The notes under the pieces were generated by a model. It was given only the letters and a program-made list of their open reading frames with translations. It ran no database searches and was not told where the DNA came from. Shown in pieces: positions 28,329 through 39,600 of a stretch of 64,000 bases of DNA; position 1 is the stretch's first letter; the number at the start of each line of letters is the position of its first letter. Position numbers and translations under genes: made by a program. Location of the stretch: contig JBMOPW010000034.1 of assembly GCA_049322915.1 (NCBI GenBank), forward strand, positions 224,001 through 288,000. Direction: 5' to 3'. This DNA is from Candidatus Zhuqueibacterota bacterium. Lineage in GTDB: Bacteria > Zhuqueibacterota > Zhuqueibacteria > Thermofontimicrobiales > Thermofontimicrobiaceae.

Positions 28329-30686
28329 ATGAATGCAAAACCCAGATTCATTTTTGACTCTGACGTCGAAAACAAAGCGATTGAAAAATCTGAACACGAG
28401 GCAATTTATCCCCCTACTGAAAAAATTCCTGTCATCATGGTGCCAAACTTTCCCACGTTAGGAAAGCTAGCTGCCATTCGCTTTTTAGAGTGGGTCCAAA
28501 AAAATCCCGGCGGGGTCATTTCCCTGCCGACGGGAAAAACGCCGGAGCATTTCATCAAGTGGGTCAGATACTACCTCAAGAATTGGGACAAAGAAGCGGT
28601 AAAAAAGGACCTTGAGTCATGGGGAATAAAAACAGAAACCCTGCCGGATATGAAAAGCCTTCACTTTGTCCAGATCGACGAATTCTACCCGATCAATCCG
28701 CAGCAACACAATAGCTTTTACCACTACATCAACAAATTTTACATCAAGGGATTCGGCCTCGATCGGTCCAAGTCCCTGCTCATCGATTGCTATAAAGTTG
28801 GTGTGCCCCAGGGCATGGCCATTGAGAAAATTTTTCCGGAGCAGAAAGTCAATCTGGAATTGCGGACGAGGCAGCCGAATTCAACGCTGGAACGGATACA
28901 AAAGACTGTCATCGAGCAGGTCGACCATTATTGCACCGAGTACGAAACTCAAATTCGTAACAGAGGCGGCATCGGATTTTTCCTGGGTGGCATTGGCCCG
29001 GACGGCCACATTGGTTTCAACGTCAGGGGGTCGGATCTCTATTCGACGACCCGACTCACGCCCACCAATTATGAGACCCAGGCTGCTGCCGCGACCGACA
29101 TGGGCGGCATCGAGATTGCCAGAAATCGGCTGGTCATCACCATTGGACTGAACACCATCACGTTCAACAAAAATGCCGTGGCAATCATCATTGCTGCTGG
29201 CGAAACTAAAGCGCCCATTGTCGCCGACGCGATCGAACAAGAGAAAAACAATCAGTACCCGGCCTCTGCGCTGCGCGAGTTGCCTCACGCCCGTTTCTAC
29301 CTGACACGGGGCGCTGCGAAAAATCTGGTGGAACGCCGTTATCACGAATTGCTCCGACAGGAGAACATGTCCGAGCAGGACATGATGCGGATTGTCACCA
29401 ACCTCTCGATGATCAATTCTGTTCGGCTCAAAGATTTAACCCAGGAGCATTTCAAGCAGAATAAATTCGGCGCGTTGATTTTGCAAAAGACAAAGATGAA
29501 GATGGCGGCCATCACTCAATTCGCTGAAGATCAAATCAAGCGTAAAATACAGGATGGCCTGGATCCCGTGTCTGGCCAGGTGTTCATGCATACTGCCCCG
29601 CATCACGATGATGAGATGTTAGGATTCTGGCCGTACATGGTGCATCTGGTTCGTGATCCTCAGAACACGCATTACTTCAATTATATGACGAGCGGCTTCA
29701 ACGCGGTGACCAACAAGTATGTCCTTGATTTGTTGCTCAATCTCCGGCAGCACATTTCAACGCCTCGCTTTGAACAGTTGCTTCGCGAAAATTATTTTGA
29801 CCCGGAAAGCATGGAGGGCAAGAACGGGGACGTGCATCATTACCTGGATGGCATTGCCGCGCACAGCCGCTCCATGCGCCAGGAGGCGGAGAGCAAGCGG
29901 CTTCTCCGCAATCTCATTTTCCTGTTTGAGGAGGACAGCCCGGTTCATCTCAAAGACCGCATCGCTGAAATGATCAGCTATTTCAAAACTCAGTACCCGG
30001 GCAAAAAGGATCTTCATTACATTCAGCAACTCAAAGGGATGATCCGCGAATGGGAAGCCGACCTGGTCTGGGCCTATCTTGGGTTCAGCGTGGAATTCAT
30101 CAATCACCTCCGGCTGGGTTTTTATAAAGGCGACATTTTTACAGAAGAGCCTGATTTACAACGGGATGTTCAACCTGTCCTGGAACTGATGGAGCGGATT
30201 AAACCCACCGTCATCACCGTCGCATTCGATCCGGAGGGCAGCGGGCCGGATACGCATTACAAAGTGATGCAGTCAATCAGCGAAGCGCTGAAACTTTACG
30301 AGAAAAAACACAGCCCCCTCAACATTGAAATTTGGGGCTATCGGAATGTCTGGCATCGATTCCATCCGGTCGAAGCCACCACCTACGTCCCGGTGTCCAT
30401 CAATTCATTCGCCAGCCTGGACCAGGCATTCATGAACTGCTTTGGCTCGCAGCGCTCCGCCTCATTTCCCAGCTACGAATTCGACGGACCATTTTCGCGA
30501 TTGGCTCAGCAAATCATGGTGAGCCAATATCAGAAGGTCATCAACTGTCTGGGACAGGATTATTTCTTTCACAACGACCACCCGCGGCTCAGGGCTGCGC
30601 ATGGCTTCAACTTTCTCAGGAAGATGACGCTCAATGAATTCTACCAGAGCTCCCTGGAATTGAAAAAGAGCACTGAGAACATATAA
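28329..30686 (+). CDS. nagB: Glucosamine-6-phosphate deaminase fused to a PIG-L/LmbE-like domain
   Basis: LPTGKTP, IDEFY, GGIGPDGHIGFN; C-terminal APHHDDE and PDTH. Confidence 0.88.
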   Translation: MNAKPRFIFDSDVENKAIEKSEHEAIYPPTEKIPVIMVPNFPTLGKLAAIRFLEWVQKNPGGVISLPTGKTPEHFIKWVRYYLKNWDKEAVKKDLESWGIKTETLPDMKSLHFVQIDEFYPINPQQHNSFYHYINKFYIKGFGLDRSKSLLIDCYKVGVPQGMAIEKIFPEQKVNLELRTRQPNSTLERIQKTVIEQVDHYCTEYETQIRNRGGIGFFLGGIGPDGHIGFNVRGSDLYSTTRLTPTNYETQAAAATDMGGIEIARNRLVITIGLNTITFNKNAVAIIIAAGETKAPIVADAIEQEKNNQYPASALRELPHARFYLTRGAAKNLVERRYHELLRQENMSEQDMMRIVTNLSMINSVRLKDLTQEHFKQNKFGALILQKTKMKMAAITQFAEDQIKRKIQDGLDPVSGQVFMHTAPHHDDEMLGFWPYMVHLVRDPQNTHYFNYMTSGFNAVTNKYVLDLLLNLRQHISTPRFEQLLRENYFDPESMEGKNGDVHHYLDGIAAHSRSMRQEAESKRLLRNLIFLFEEDSPVHLKDRIAEMISYFKTQYPGKKDLHYIQQLKGMIREWEADLVWAYLGFSVEFINHLRLGFYKGDIFTEEPDLQRDVQPVLELMERIKPTVITVAFDPEGSGPDTHYKVMQSISEALKLYEKKHSPLNIEIWGYRNVWHRFHPVEATTYVPVSINSFASLDQAFMNCFGSQRSASFPSYEFDGPFSRLAQQIMVSQYQKVINCLGQDYFFHNDHPRLRAAHGFNFLRKMTLNEFYQSSLELKKSTENI

Positions 30687-31110
30687 CCTGCCTTCACCGG
30701 CATGATTCGAAAACCGATGTGTGACACGTTCTCAGCACCCCCCAATCTGCTTTAGACAGCGTGTGAAGGCCGGAGTCAATCTGAATGAATGATTGGCTCC
30801 GCCACGCACACTGCCTAGCTTCTGCGCGATGCCTGCTCCGAATTCTTCGACATGCAGTTCAGCCAACACTGCAATAGGATGTAGCTGATGACGCCAACGG
30901 CGAATGAAATTTTCTCTCCATGCGCTCTCCCCTGTCGCTCCTCCGAAGCCTTTCATTCTGCAGGAATGCCTTCGTCAATATTACCAAACGCTAAATAATC
31001 TCATGTTCACGTCGATATATTGAAGTAGCTATAAGTGTTTAATTGGCAACTTATAACCTATCCCATTTCAGGTTGTCACAGACAGGTCATTTCAATTTTC
31101 AGAGATAAAA

Positions 31111-32292
31111 ATGGCAGTACATGTCAAAGAAAAAAAATCGGGAGTGAATTTTCCCTTCCAGGCATCGCTGGCTCTGGATGCAGTGTATTCGGAATTGGTT
31201 GAAGACAGAGCATTTCAATTTTTGTTGCAGAACACCTCCGATCTGGTGTTTGTTTTCAATTTGCAAAAAGATCAGATGACGACAGTGAACAACAGCGTGC
31301 TTCAACGGACAGACAGTGATATCAGCCGCTGGGCATTTAGACGACTCGATGAAACGCCGCTGGCCCCTTCGCTGGCAGAGGCATTTCGAAGCGTGATTCA
31401 ACGGCTGCATTTTGAATATTATGTCGTCGGCAAAACCATCTCCTCGCCGTGGAAAAAACAGGGCACATTGACGCTTGATGGAATCAATTTCAATGGGCTG
31501 GCGATTTTGATTGTGAAAGAAAAAGTGAGGGCAGATGATGCAATCGCCAGTTCGAAAAAAAATGATGACGCAAAAACCGGTATCAATTTTCTGCAGACAG
31601 AAAAAATGGCGTCCATCGGCCGCTTTGCGTCCGGCATCGCCCACGAGTTACGCAATCCGTTGACGATCATCAGCGCCACCGCCCAGTTTTCGCTGGAGCG
31701 GATGGAATTGAGTCCGGCACTGAAGGAGCACTTCGAAGCGATAATTCGAAACGTGACCAACGCCAGCCGCATCGTCAACGAGATGCTGGAATACGCCAAA
31801 CCGAGAGAGCTCAGTCTGAGAGTGGATAATATCAACGACATTCTGTTGCGCACCATCGACCTGATCAAGCTGGAAATTTCGAAACAGAAAATCGATCTAC
31901 GCATCCGGCTGGACAATGTGATGCCGGAATTTTATGTCGACAGCAAGCACCTGGAGCAGACATTTTTGAATATCATTCTCAATGCAATCCGTGCGATTCA
32001 AACCGATGGCGTCATTTCGGTCATTTCGGAATTTGACGTTGTCCATCAATCGGCGCTTGTGAAAATCGTCGATAACGGGGAAGGCATTCGCACGGATATT
32101 CAGGAAAAAATATTCGATCCATTTTTTACAACACGAAGCGGCGGCACGGGATTGGGTCTTTCCATTTGCCAGAATATCATCCACGCGCACGGCGGAGCCA
32201 TTCATGTGGAGAGCGAACCGGGCAATGGCGCGACATTTGCCATTTCCCTGCCGGTGAGAAATTTGTCAATGACAGAGGAGAATAATCCTTGA
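31111..32292 (+). CDS. Cytoplasmic sensor histidine kinase
   Basis: GIAHELRNPL, GTGLGL. Confidence 0.9.
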   Translation: MAVHVKEKKSGVNFPFQASLALDAVYSELVEDRAFQFLLQNTSDLVFVFNLQKDQMTTVNNSVLQRTDSDISRWAFRRLDETPLAPSLAEAFRSVIQRLHFEYYVVGKTISSPWKKQGTLTLDGINFNGLAILIVKEKVRADDAIASSKKNDDAKTGINFLQTEKMASIGRFASGIAHELRNPLTIISATAQFSLERMELSPALKEHFEAIIRNVTNASRIVNEMLEYAKPRELSLRVDNINDILLRTIDLIKLEISKQKIDLRIRLDNVMPEFYVDSKHLEQTFLNIILNAIRAIQTDGVISVISEFDVVHQSALVKIVDNGEGIRTDIQEKIFDPFFTTRSGGTGLGLSICQNIIHAHGGAIHVESEPGNGATFAISLPVRNLSMTEENNP

Positions 32293-33692
32293 GTCGTATC
32301 CTGATTGTTGATGATGAGCGCGATATGCGCTGGATTCTCGCCAACATTCTGAGGACGGAATATTATGAAATTTCCGAAGCAGAGAGCGGCGAGCAGGCGC
32401 TGAACGTGATCAGAAAAGAACGCCCGGAATTGGTGCTGTTGGACAAAATGATTCCCGGCAAAATGGACGGCATTGAAGTGCTCAGGCAGGTGAAAAGCAT
32501 CGATTCCTCCATTTGCGTCATCATGATCACCGCCATTGGCGATTCCAAATCCATTGTCAACGCCGTCAAAATGGGGGCATTCGATTACATCCTGAAGCCG
32601 TTTGATGATGAGGAATTGCTGATCACCGTATCCCGCGCACTGGAGCAGCGTTCGCTCTCGCTGGAAGTGATAGAATTGCGCGCGCGTCTTGAGCACAGGG
32701 AAACCCTGGAATCTGTTATGGGCAGCAGCGAGACGATTCGCTCCATTCACAAGCAGATTGAAAAGGTGGCCGGCACGGATTTCACCGTGCTGTTGCAGGG
32801 CGAGAGCGGGACCGGCAAGGAAGTTGTGGCCAGGGCCATTCACCAATTGAGCCAGCGCCGCAACAAACCCTTTGTCGCCGTTGACTGCGGAGCCATTCCG
32901 GACACCCTCGTCGAAAGCGAATTGTTCGGATATGAAAAAGGCGCGTTCACCGGGGCTGACGCCCGGAAAGAGGGACAATTCGAATTGGCTAATACCGGCA
33001 CAATCTTCCTGGATGAAATCGGCAATATCCCCTACCCGGTTCAGAAAAAAATGCTGCGGCTCATCCAGGAGCGAAAGGTGCAGCATCTCGGAGGCAAAAA
33101 ATTAATCGATGTGGATGTGCGCATCATTGCCGCCACCAATGAGAATCTCTCTGCCCAGATCGACAAAGGCGATTTTCGCAGCGATCTCTATTATCGGCTC
33201 AATGAATTTAAAATCACGCTGCCCAATCTGCGGGAACGAAAAGATGACATCCCATTTCTGGCGGATAAATTTCTCAAGGAGACGAGCGCGGAATTGAAAA
33301 AGGGAGTGAAGGGTTTTTCGAACGATGCGCTGAAGAAGCTCATGTCCTATCAGTGGAAAGGCAATATCCGCGAATTGAAAAACGTGATCCGGCGGGCTGT
33401 GTTACTCTGCGACGACCGCGTGGGCATCGAGCACCTCATTTTTGATCACCAGCAGGTACCTGCCTACCTCTGCTTCCAGGATTATATTGATCCGAAAAAT
33501 ATTCGTCCGTTGAAAGAAGTCAATCGGCAGATTCTGTCCATGGTTGAAAAGGAGGCCATCAGCAACGCGTTGCTTTTCACCAAAGGCAATAAGAATCGCG
33601 CGTCGCGCATACTGGACATTGACTATAAAACACTGCTAACAAAAATTAAAGCCTATGGAATTGATTACAGGGAATTGGCCCGTAAACAATGA
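32289..33692 (+). CDS. NtrC-family sigma54-dependent response regulator
   Basis: [17 protein letters not shown], Fis HTH; TTG start overlaps the kinase stop. Confidence 0.95.
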   Translation: MSRILIVDDERDMRWILANILRTEYYEISEAESGEQALNVIRKERPELVLLDKMIPGKMDGIEVLRQVKSIDSSICVIMITAIGDSKSIVNAVKMGAFDYILKPFDDEELLITVSRALEQRSLSLEVIELRARLEHRETLESVMGSSETIRSIHKQIEKVAGTDFTVLLQGESGTGKEVVARAIHQLSQRRNKPFVAVDCGAIPDTLVESELFGYEKGAFTGADARKEGQFELANTGTIFLDEIGNIPYPVQKKMLRLIQERKVQHLGGKKLIDVDVRIIAATNENLSAQIDKGDFRSDLYYRLNEFKITLPNLRERKDDIPFLADKFLKETSAELKKGVKGFSNDALKKLMSYQWKGNIRELKNVIRRAVLLCDDRVGIEHLIFDHQQVPAYLCFQDYIDPKNIRPLKEVNRQILSMVEKEAISNALLFTKGNKNRASRILDIDYKTLLTKIKAYGIDYRELARKQ

Positions 33693-33765
33693 CCTTTCTG
33701 TTATCGCACTTCCTTTGCCAACCGCCGGGATAGCCTATTTTCAGGACACGTAAAAATCTAAAATC

Positions 33766-33781
33766 TGGTATTTGATTTGCA
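33766..33781 (+). promoter_or_regulatory. Sigma54 promoter
   Basis: TGGTAT-TTGAT-TTGCA (GG-N10-GC). Confidence 0.6.
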
Positions 33782-33827
33782 TATCATTTCGCTAATTTGA
33801 TCACAATGGAATAGCGAGGTGTTTTCG

Positions 33828-34046
33828 ATGCAGACATCCCAAAAAAAGTTACATCTTCAGGACGATTTCTCAATCCTCAATCATCTTCCGGAATCATCCA
33901 CTGAATTGCTGGAAAAATTGCAGGCCATTTTGAACAACTCGGAGAGGTGGAAAGCGCGCATGGTCTTTGTGGACAGGCTATCCGGCGAGTATGGAATTAT
34001 GGTCAGCGGCACCAACCATCAACTGGATCTGTTCGATCAGAATTGA
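33828..34046 (+). CDS. Small hypothetical protein (72 aa)
   Basis: RBS GAGGTG, sigma54 promoter upstream. Confidence 0.55.
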   Translation: MQTSQKKLHLQDDFSILNHLPESSTELLEKLQAILNNSERWKARMVFVDRLSGEYGIMVSGTNHQLDLFDQN

Positions 34047-34117
34047 ATGCGCTCCGGAAGAGACCTGCCGCCGACATGGTGGCCGGACTCACGCAGCGAG
34101 CAAAGCATTTAATAAAA

Positions 34118-34930
34118 TCAACGCCAGTAGCGGGGCTGCATGAATTCCGGGTTGAGGTCGCTGATGGCGCTCAGCGCGATGCGGATGGCGTTTTGCTCGG
34201 CGGTGACCCGCAGTTCCTGAACGACATCCTCGCTGGTGGTTCTGTCAGCGATGACGCCGCACACGCAGGCCGCTGCAAATCCGTAGACGCTGGCCATTTT
34301 GAACAGAGTGCCGGATTCCATTTCGTAATTGAGCACATTCAAATGCTGGTATTCGCGGGTGATGCCATCGAGCCAGCGCATCAGGTGCTTGTTGGGAGAC
34401 GAACGGAATCGCTCCTGGCCCTCGTAAAACGTGTCCACCGAGGCGGTCACGCCGATGTGCCAGTCAATGTCCATCCTGCGAGCGGCATCGACCAGGGCGA
34501 CCGTGAGAAACGGATTGGCCGAAGCCGGATATTCCCGCGGAGCAATATCGTTGGCTGCGCCTTGCCTGCACAATGCCGCGCGTGAAATGACCACGCTCCC
34601 CACCTTTACGTCGTCCTGGATGGAACCGCAGGTGCCGATGCGAATGATCTGGCGAATGCCGACATCGAACAATTCGTTGACGACAATGCTCAGAGACGGC
34701 GCGCCCATGCCACTCGTCGCCGAAAGAATGCGCTGGCCATTGGGCAGAGTGGAAATGTAGCTGTTCAAACCGCGCTTCTCCGAGAGAAGTTTTTCGAACC
34801 GCAGCGGCGCCGTTTCCGTGGCGATCCGTTTCGCGCGTTCAGGGTCGCCGCTCAATAGCGCCAACGTGGGCGGATCCCCGCCCAAATCCTCACGGCTGAA
34901 TCCGATATGATATTTTCGCTCGCTCGTCAT
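34118..34930 (-). CDS. udp: Uridine/nucleoside phosphorylase
   Basis: GDPER, GMGAPS, RIGTCG, FYEGQER, NYEMES. Confidence 0.88.
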   Translation of the reverse strand: MTSERKYHIGFSREDLGGDPPTLALLSGDPERAKRIATETAPLRFEKLLSEKRGLNSYISTLPNGQRILSATSGMGAPSLSIVVNELFDVGIRQIIRIGTCGSIQDDVKVGSVVISRAALCRQGAANDIAPREYPASANPFLTVALVDAARRMDIDWHIGVTASVDTFYEGQERFRSSPNKHLMRWLDGITREYQHLNVLNYEMESGTLFKMASVYGFAAACVCGVIADRTTSEDVVQELRVTAEQNAIRIALSAISDLNPEFMQPRYWR

Positions 34931-36174
34931 TCCTCATCCCTCTCTGCATCCAACACTGTAGCCTTCACCAGCTTCTCATAGTAATCGATGCACTGGCGCA
35001 CGTATTTCCGCTTCTGGGCGTACGCCTCGGGAAAGAAGCTGCGCTTGAATCCGTAAACAATGATATTTTTCAGCGTTTTGGGACGCAGGTTGAAGCTGCG
35101 CAGCGCCAACAGGATTTCGTTGGTGACGGTTGTTTTGCTGACCGTCCGATTATCGGTGCAAATGGTGGTGCTCAATTTGTGATCCACCATTTTTTGAAAC
35201 GAGTGATCCTCGATGCGCTTCAATAACGGATTCGTCTGAAGATTGGAGGTCAGGCAGACTTCGATGGTGACGCGCCTATCGGCGATGTACTGACAGAGGT
35301 CTTCGATGTATTTCTCGCGGTCTTCGATTTTGCGATCCTCGAATCGCGTGGCGTCGAACAGGTAATAGCCATGGCCGATTCGCTCCGCGTACAGTTCGGT
35401 GATCGCCTGAAAAATCGAGGGTGGGCCATAGGCCTCGCCGGCGTGAACTGTTTTGGCCAAAAAATGCTGGTGGGCAAATTGAAACGCCTGCTTGTGGTCT
35501 TTGGCCGGATTGCCATGCTCTGCGCCGGCCAAATCCAATCCCATCACCGGCACGCCCAGTCCATCGCGGATCTTCACAGCGCCGCGGGCTAACTCCAGCG
35601 AACACAGACCGGCGATGATTTTCCTATCGGAGTATTGCAGCGAGTTGATGAAGTTCGCATAGTACTCGGAATATTTTCCAAAAGACCGAAGCGCGCTCAC
35701 GATGATCGCATAGTGAAATGGCGGTTCTGCTCCACTCACAATTTCAGGCCGCTGATTGAATTCGCGCTGCGCCTGGACCAGCCCGTTGTTCACGCTGGAG
35801 ATGACCGTTTCCATATCCATCATTTTGTTGATGTGCAATTGCGGGGCAAAACGAACTTCGAAGTAGCGCACTCCTTCGGCCTGATTGTCCTGCGCCATTT
35901 CATAGGCAATCCGCTCCAGATATTCCGGCTTTTGCATCACTGCCGTGGAATAGCCGAACGTTTTCAGATATTCTTCCAGACTGCTGTAATTGTCCTTGAA
36001 TACCAGCTCATTCATGCCCTCCACCGTGTAGCTTGGCAGATTGATTTTTTCGCGCTCCGCAATATCGATCAGTGTTCCCATCCGGATCGATCCATCCAGA
36101 TGAACATGCAAATCGGTCTTCGGTATTTTGGCAATCAACGCAGTCAGGTTTTCATCATATAAATTCTTTTTCAT
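34927..36174 (-). CDS. add: Adenosine deaminase family protein
   Basis: DLHVHLDGS, TVHAGE, RIGHG, EVCLTSN. Confidence 0.9.
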   Translation of the reverse strand: MKKNLYDENLTALIAKIPKTDLHVHLDGSIRMGTLIDIAEREKINLPSYTVEGMNELVFKDNYSSLEEYLKTFGYSTAVMQKPEYLERIAYEMAQDNQAEGVRYFEVRFAPQLHINKMMDMETVISSVNNGLVQAQREFNQRPEIVSGAEPPFHYAIIVSALRSFGKYSEYYANFINSLQYSDRKIIAGLCSLELARGAVKIRDGLGVPVMGLDLAGAEHGNPAKDHKQAFQFAHQHFLAKTVHAGEAYGPPSIFQAITELYAERIGHGYYLFDATRFEDRKIEDREKYIEDLCQYIADRRVTIEVCLTSNLQTNPLLKRIEDHSFQKMVDHKLSTTICTDNRTVSKTTVTNEILLALRSFNLRPKTLKNIIVYGFKRSFFPEAYAQKRKYVRQCIDYYEKLVKATVLDAERDEE

Positions 36175-36625
36175 ACGTACCACTCAGTTTTAATTTCCTC
36201 TTGAGTATCGATTTCTTTGGTTCGTTCAAATTTTAATTTCTATTATAACCATATTTTACAGAATTAGTTTCATGGCATGTCCGGCCGTTCAAATTAAGCC
36301 TACTTTTTTGGGCGTCACTGAAGAAAAAACTGATTCATTGACCTGCCATCGAATAGTGACCACTCAGATTTATTCCTGAACAAATCACGGATAATTCCTT
36401 TGTTGAAATGAAATCGAAGCCAGCGGTTGGATTCGCGAATGCCGATGGACTTTGAGTTTAATGACTGAAATTGCACTCGATGAAGAATGATCGTCCGCAT
36501 AGGAATAAAAATATCAATTCATTAACGAATAAAAAATAATTTCAATATACGGATTTTCATTTGTTTTAATTTTCATTTTATACTACATTAACCGAAGAAT
36601 TATTCAACAGGGGAAGAGGCTGCAA

Positions 36626-39600
36626 ATGAAAACTATTCGAATATTTTTGTACATCATGGTCTTAGCTCAGACGCTGCTGGCATCTGAAAAAATTTCCGCC
36701 ATTCACAATCCGCTGATGACCCAGCCGGTCATCACATTGCCTGGCGGGACATTCGTCGTTCACTGCACGGCGGACGCTTCCGCGACCGACTGGGAGGTCA
36801 TCATTTCCACGCGATATTTTTCGCGAACCCTGCCGGTCACAGCCAGCTACGACAACGGAAGTGCTGTTTGGGCGCTCACCGTTTCCATCCCGGCAAATAC
36901 ACCGTTTGAATTGTATCACGTCCGCGTGCGCGCCAGCGGAGGCATCGACGACACATCGCCAAACAGCCTGCGTATCATCAGTGAATACAAACAATCGTAC
37001 TATTTCATCCACGTGCCGGATGCTCATTTGCCATCGTGCAGTTGGGTGGGTTATTATGACGATGAAAATACGGTGCCGGAATTCGAGCGAATTATCGGGG
37101 AATGCAACCTCATCAATCCTGAGTTCATTTTGCAGACCGGCGACCTTGTGGACAATGGGCAGGTGGAAACAGGATTTGACATCGCCGGCCAGTCCTTGCT
37201 GAAGTCAACCATCCCATTTTTCATCACCGGCGGGAATCATGATTTATGGTACGACGGCCACGCGAACTGGCACAGCTATTTTGGCTCATCGATGAACTTC
37301 AGCTTCAACTATGGCGAGCATTTTTTCTGCGGCATGGAGATGTACGACATCCCATCGGTGACCTTCACGGCGGCTCAAATGGACTGGCTGCAAGACAATC
37401 TCGCCGCGTCCAGGCTGCGCAGCGACAAGCTGCGCGTGCTGTTTTACCATTACGATGAATCGCACCAGATCGATGACGAGTTCGTCGATGAAAATGAAAT
37501 CGACCTGATCCTGTACGGACACACGCATATCAACGGGGTCAGCTATCTGGGCAGCCGCAATGCGCTGAATATCAACACCTCCTACACCATGAATGACAAT
37601 GGCGCTTATCGGCTGATTAAAATTCACGGCGACGAAGTCACCGAATATCCGCTGCTTCGCTACAAACAACTCAGCGTGCGCTACTCCCCCACCAACGACG
37701 GCACCAACTGGATTATCAATGCGCTGATCACGAACGACAGCCCGATCCAGTTCGAAAATGGGCTTGTGAAATTCATTGTGCCGGAGGATGCGGCTGGCTA
37801 CTCCGTGACCGGAGGCGCAGTGCAGCAAGTCGTCCCCATTGCGGAGAATAAATTGCTTTACTATGTCGAAGTGAACATCCAGGCCAACGCCGTTCACTCC
37901 GTGACCCTGCAGAGCCAGAGTCCGCCGGCAAACCATCCACCGCGAATTACCTCGTTCACGCCCCAATTGGAAATTACTGTCACAGGAGGCGTCAGCCTCA
38001 CACTTTCGCTCGCTGCAACCGATCCGGACGGCGATGCGTTGGCCTACACCTGGTTGCGAAATGACCAGCAGTTGGACATGGCCAATGCTTCGAACTATAT
38101 TTTTCAAAATGAAGATACCTATGAGGGCGTGGATTCCATCCGCGCTGTTGTGTACGATGGCAGTTACCGCGACCAGGTTCAATGGGTCATCACAACAGAT
38201 AAATTTTCAGGCGAGCCCCAGATCGTCTCGGACATCGGGAATTTCTTCGCCTTCAATGCGCCGGCCACCATTCGCTGGATCGAACCGACGCCCATCTCCG
38301 CCCGGTTAGAATTCGGCACAGCGCCGGGGGATTATTCGAAGGGTGCTATCCCGGAGACGAACGTTTCAGAAGTGACCTTCGTCCCGCAGGATTACGCCAT
38401 GGCCCTGGGTCGCTATTTCTGCCGCGTCACCGACGGCGCTTATTCCAGCCGTGAGTTTTTCATCATCGTGGAATCGCCGATTGCGCCACAAATGCTCTCC
38501 CCGTTGGGGAATGTTCAGTCGCTCTCACCTGTTTTCACGTGGGAGAAAGTCCCCGGCGTGCCCTATTACTGGATCATGGTTTCGGATCAGGAAGTCATTG
38601 TGGGCAAAAACTCGGAGACAGGCGAATTGATGGTGGAAGGCGCCAATCCCATCTGGGCGGTATTGTCTTCTGAAAATGAAATTCCCTACGGCATCCCGGA
38701 TCCGAGCCATAATTTCACCAGTTCGCCGCCGCCACTCATCGCCGGGGCGAATTACTGGTGGGTGGTGCTCAATGCCTACGGCAACGCGCCGGAATTCACT
38801 TCGCCGGTCATTGCCGGTGTTTCCGAATTCAAGCTGGATATTGCACCGCCGACGCTGGCTGCGCCGGCGCTGCTTTCCCCGGCGAACAATGCCACACTCA
38901 ACGGCGACATTGTCACCTTTGAATGGGCGAGCGTTCCGGGCGCTGTGAATTTTCATGTCTATCCGTTCAAGATCGAGCAAGAATCGGATATGGAGACATC
39001 GGTACCCATGTGGGAGAGCATCATCGCGACTTCGAATACCTATTTCGATTTTCCAGCGTACCAGCGATTTGTGAATGGAAATTACCGCTGGAAAATCGGA
39101 GCGGTCGACGCCAACGGACTGGAAGTGCACAGTGAGACCCGAGATTTCATTTATGACGCACCCCATGCGATCGTCTCCATCCACACACTGGACGATGCCG
39201 GCACGCCGGACAAAACCAGTGATGATTACCTGCTCCCGCGTACCAAGGTCGAATTTACCTCCATCGATGGCATTTTCACCGGCGTGCCGCTGTCGACCGA
39301 CTTTCACGGCAATCGGGAAAATGTCAATATCGCTCCGGGCACATACATTTTCACCGCGTCGAAAGATCTGTACGAGACGATCCTCGATACCGTCACCTGC
39401 GATGTGGATCAATCCTATTCCCTCTATTTTCGATTGAACCCGAGCCCATGCAGTCTCACCGGTCGCGTTGTGGATGACAACACGCTGCCCGTGCAAAATG
39501 CCAATGTCGAAGCCGTTCATTCTTTGCACACGGAAATTGTGAAACAGACAACCAGCGCCGCCAATGGCCATTTCTCCCTCAGCCTCAGCGGCGGCCCCTG

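Noticed and set aside
30732..30956. 74-aa minus-strand ORF
   Set aside because: No recognisable motif, and it overlaps a structured intergenic element
32202..33086. Long antisense ORFs (also 2879-3595, 37286-38182, 38525-39571 and others)
   Set aside because: Codon-bias shadows of well-supported genes, with no motifs
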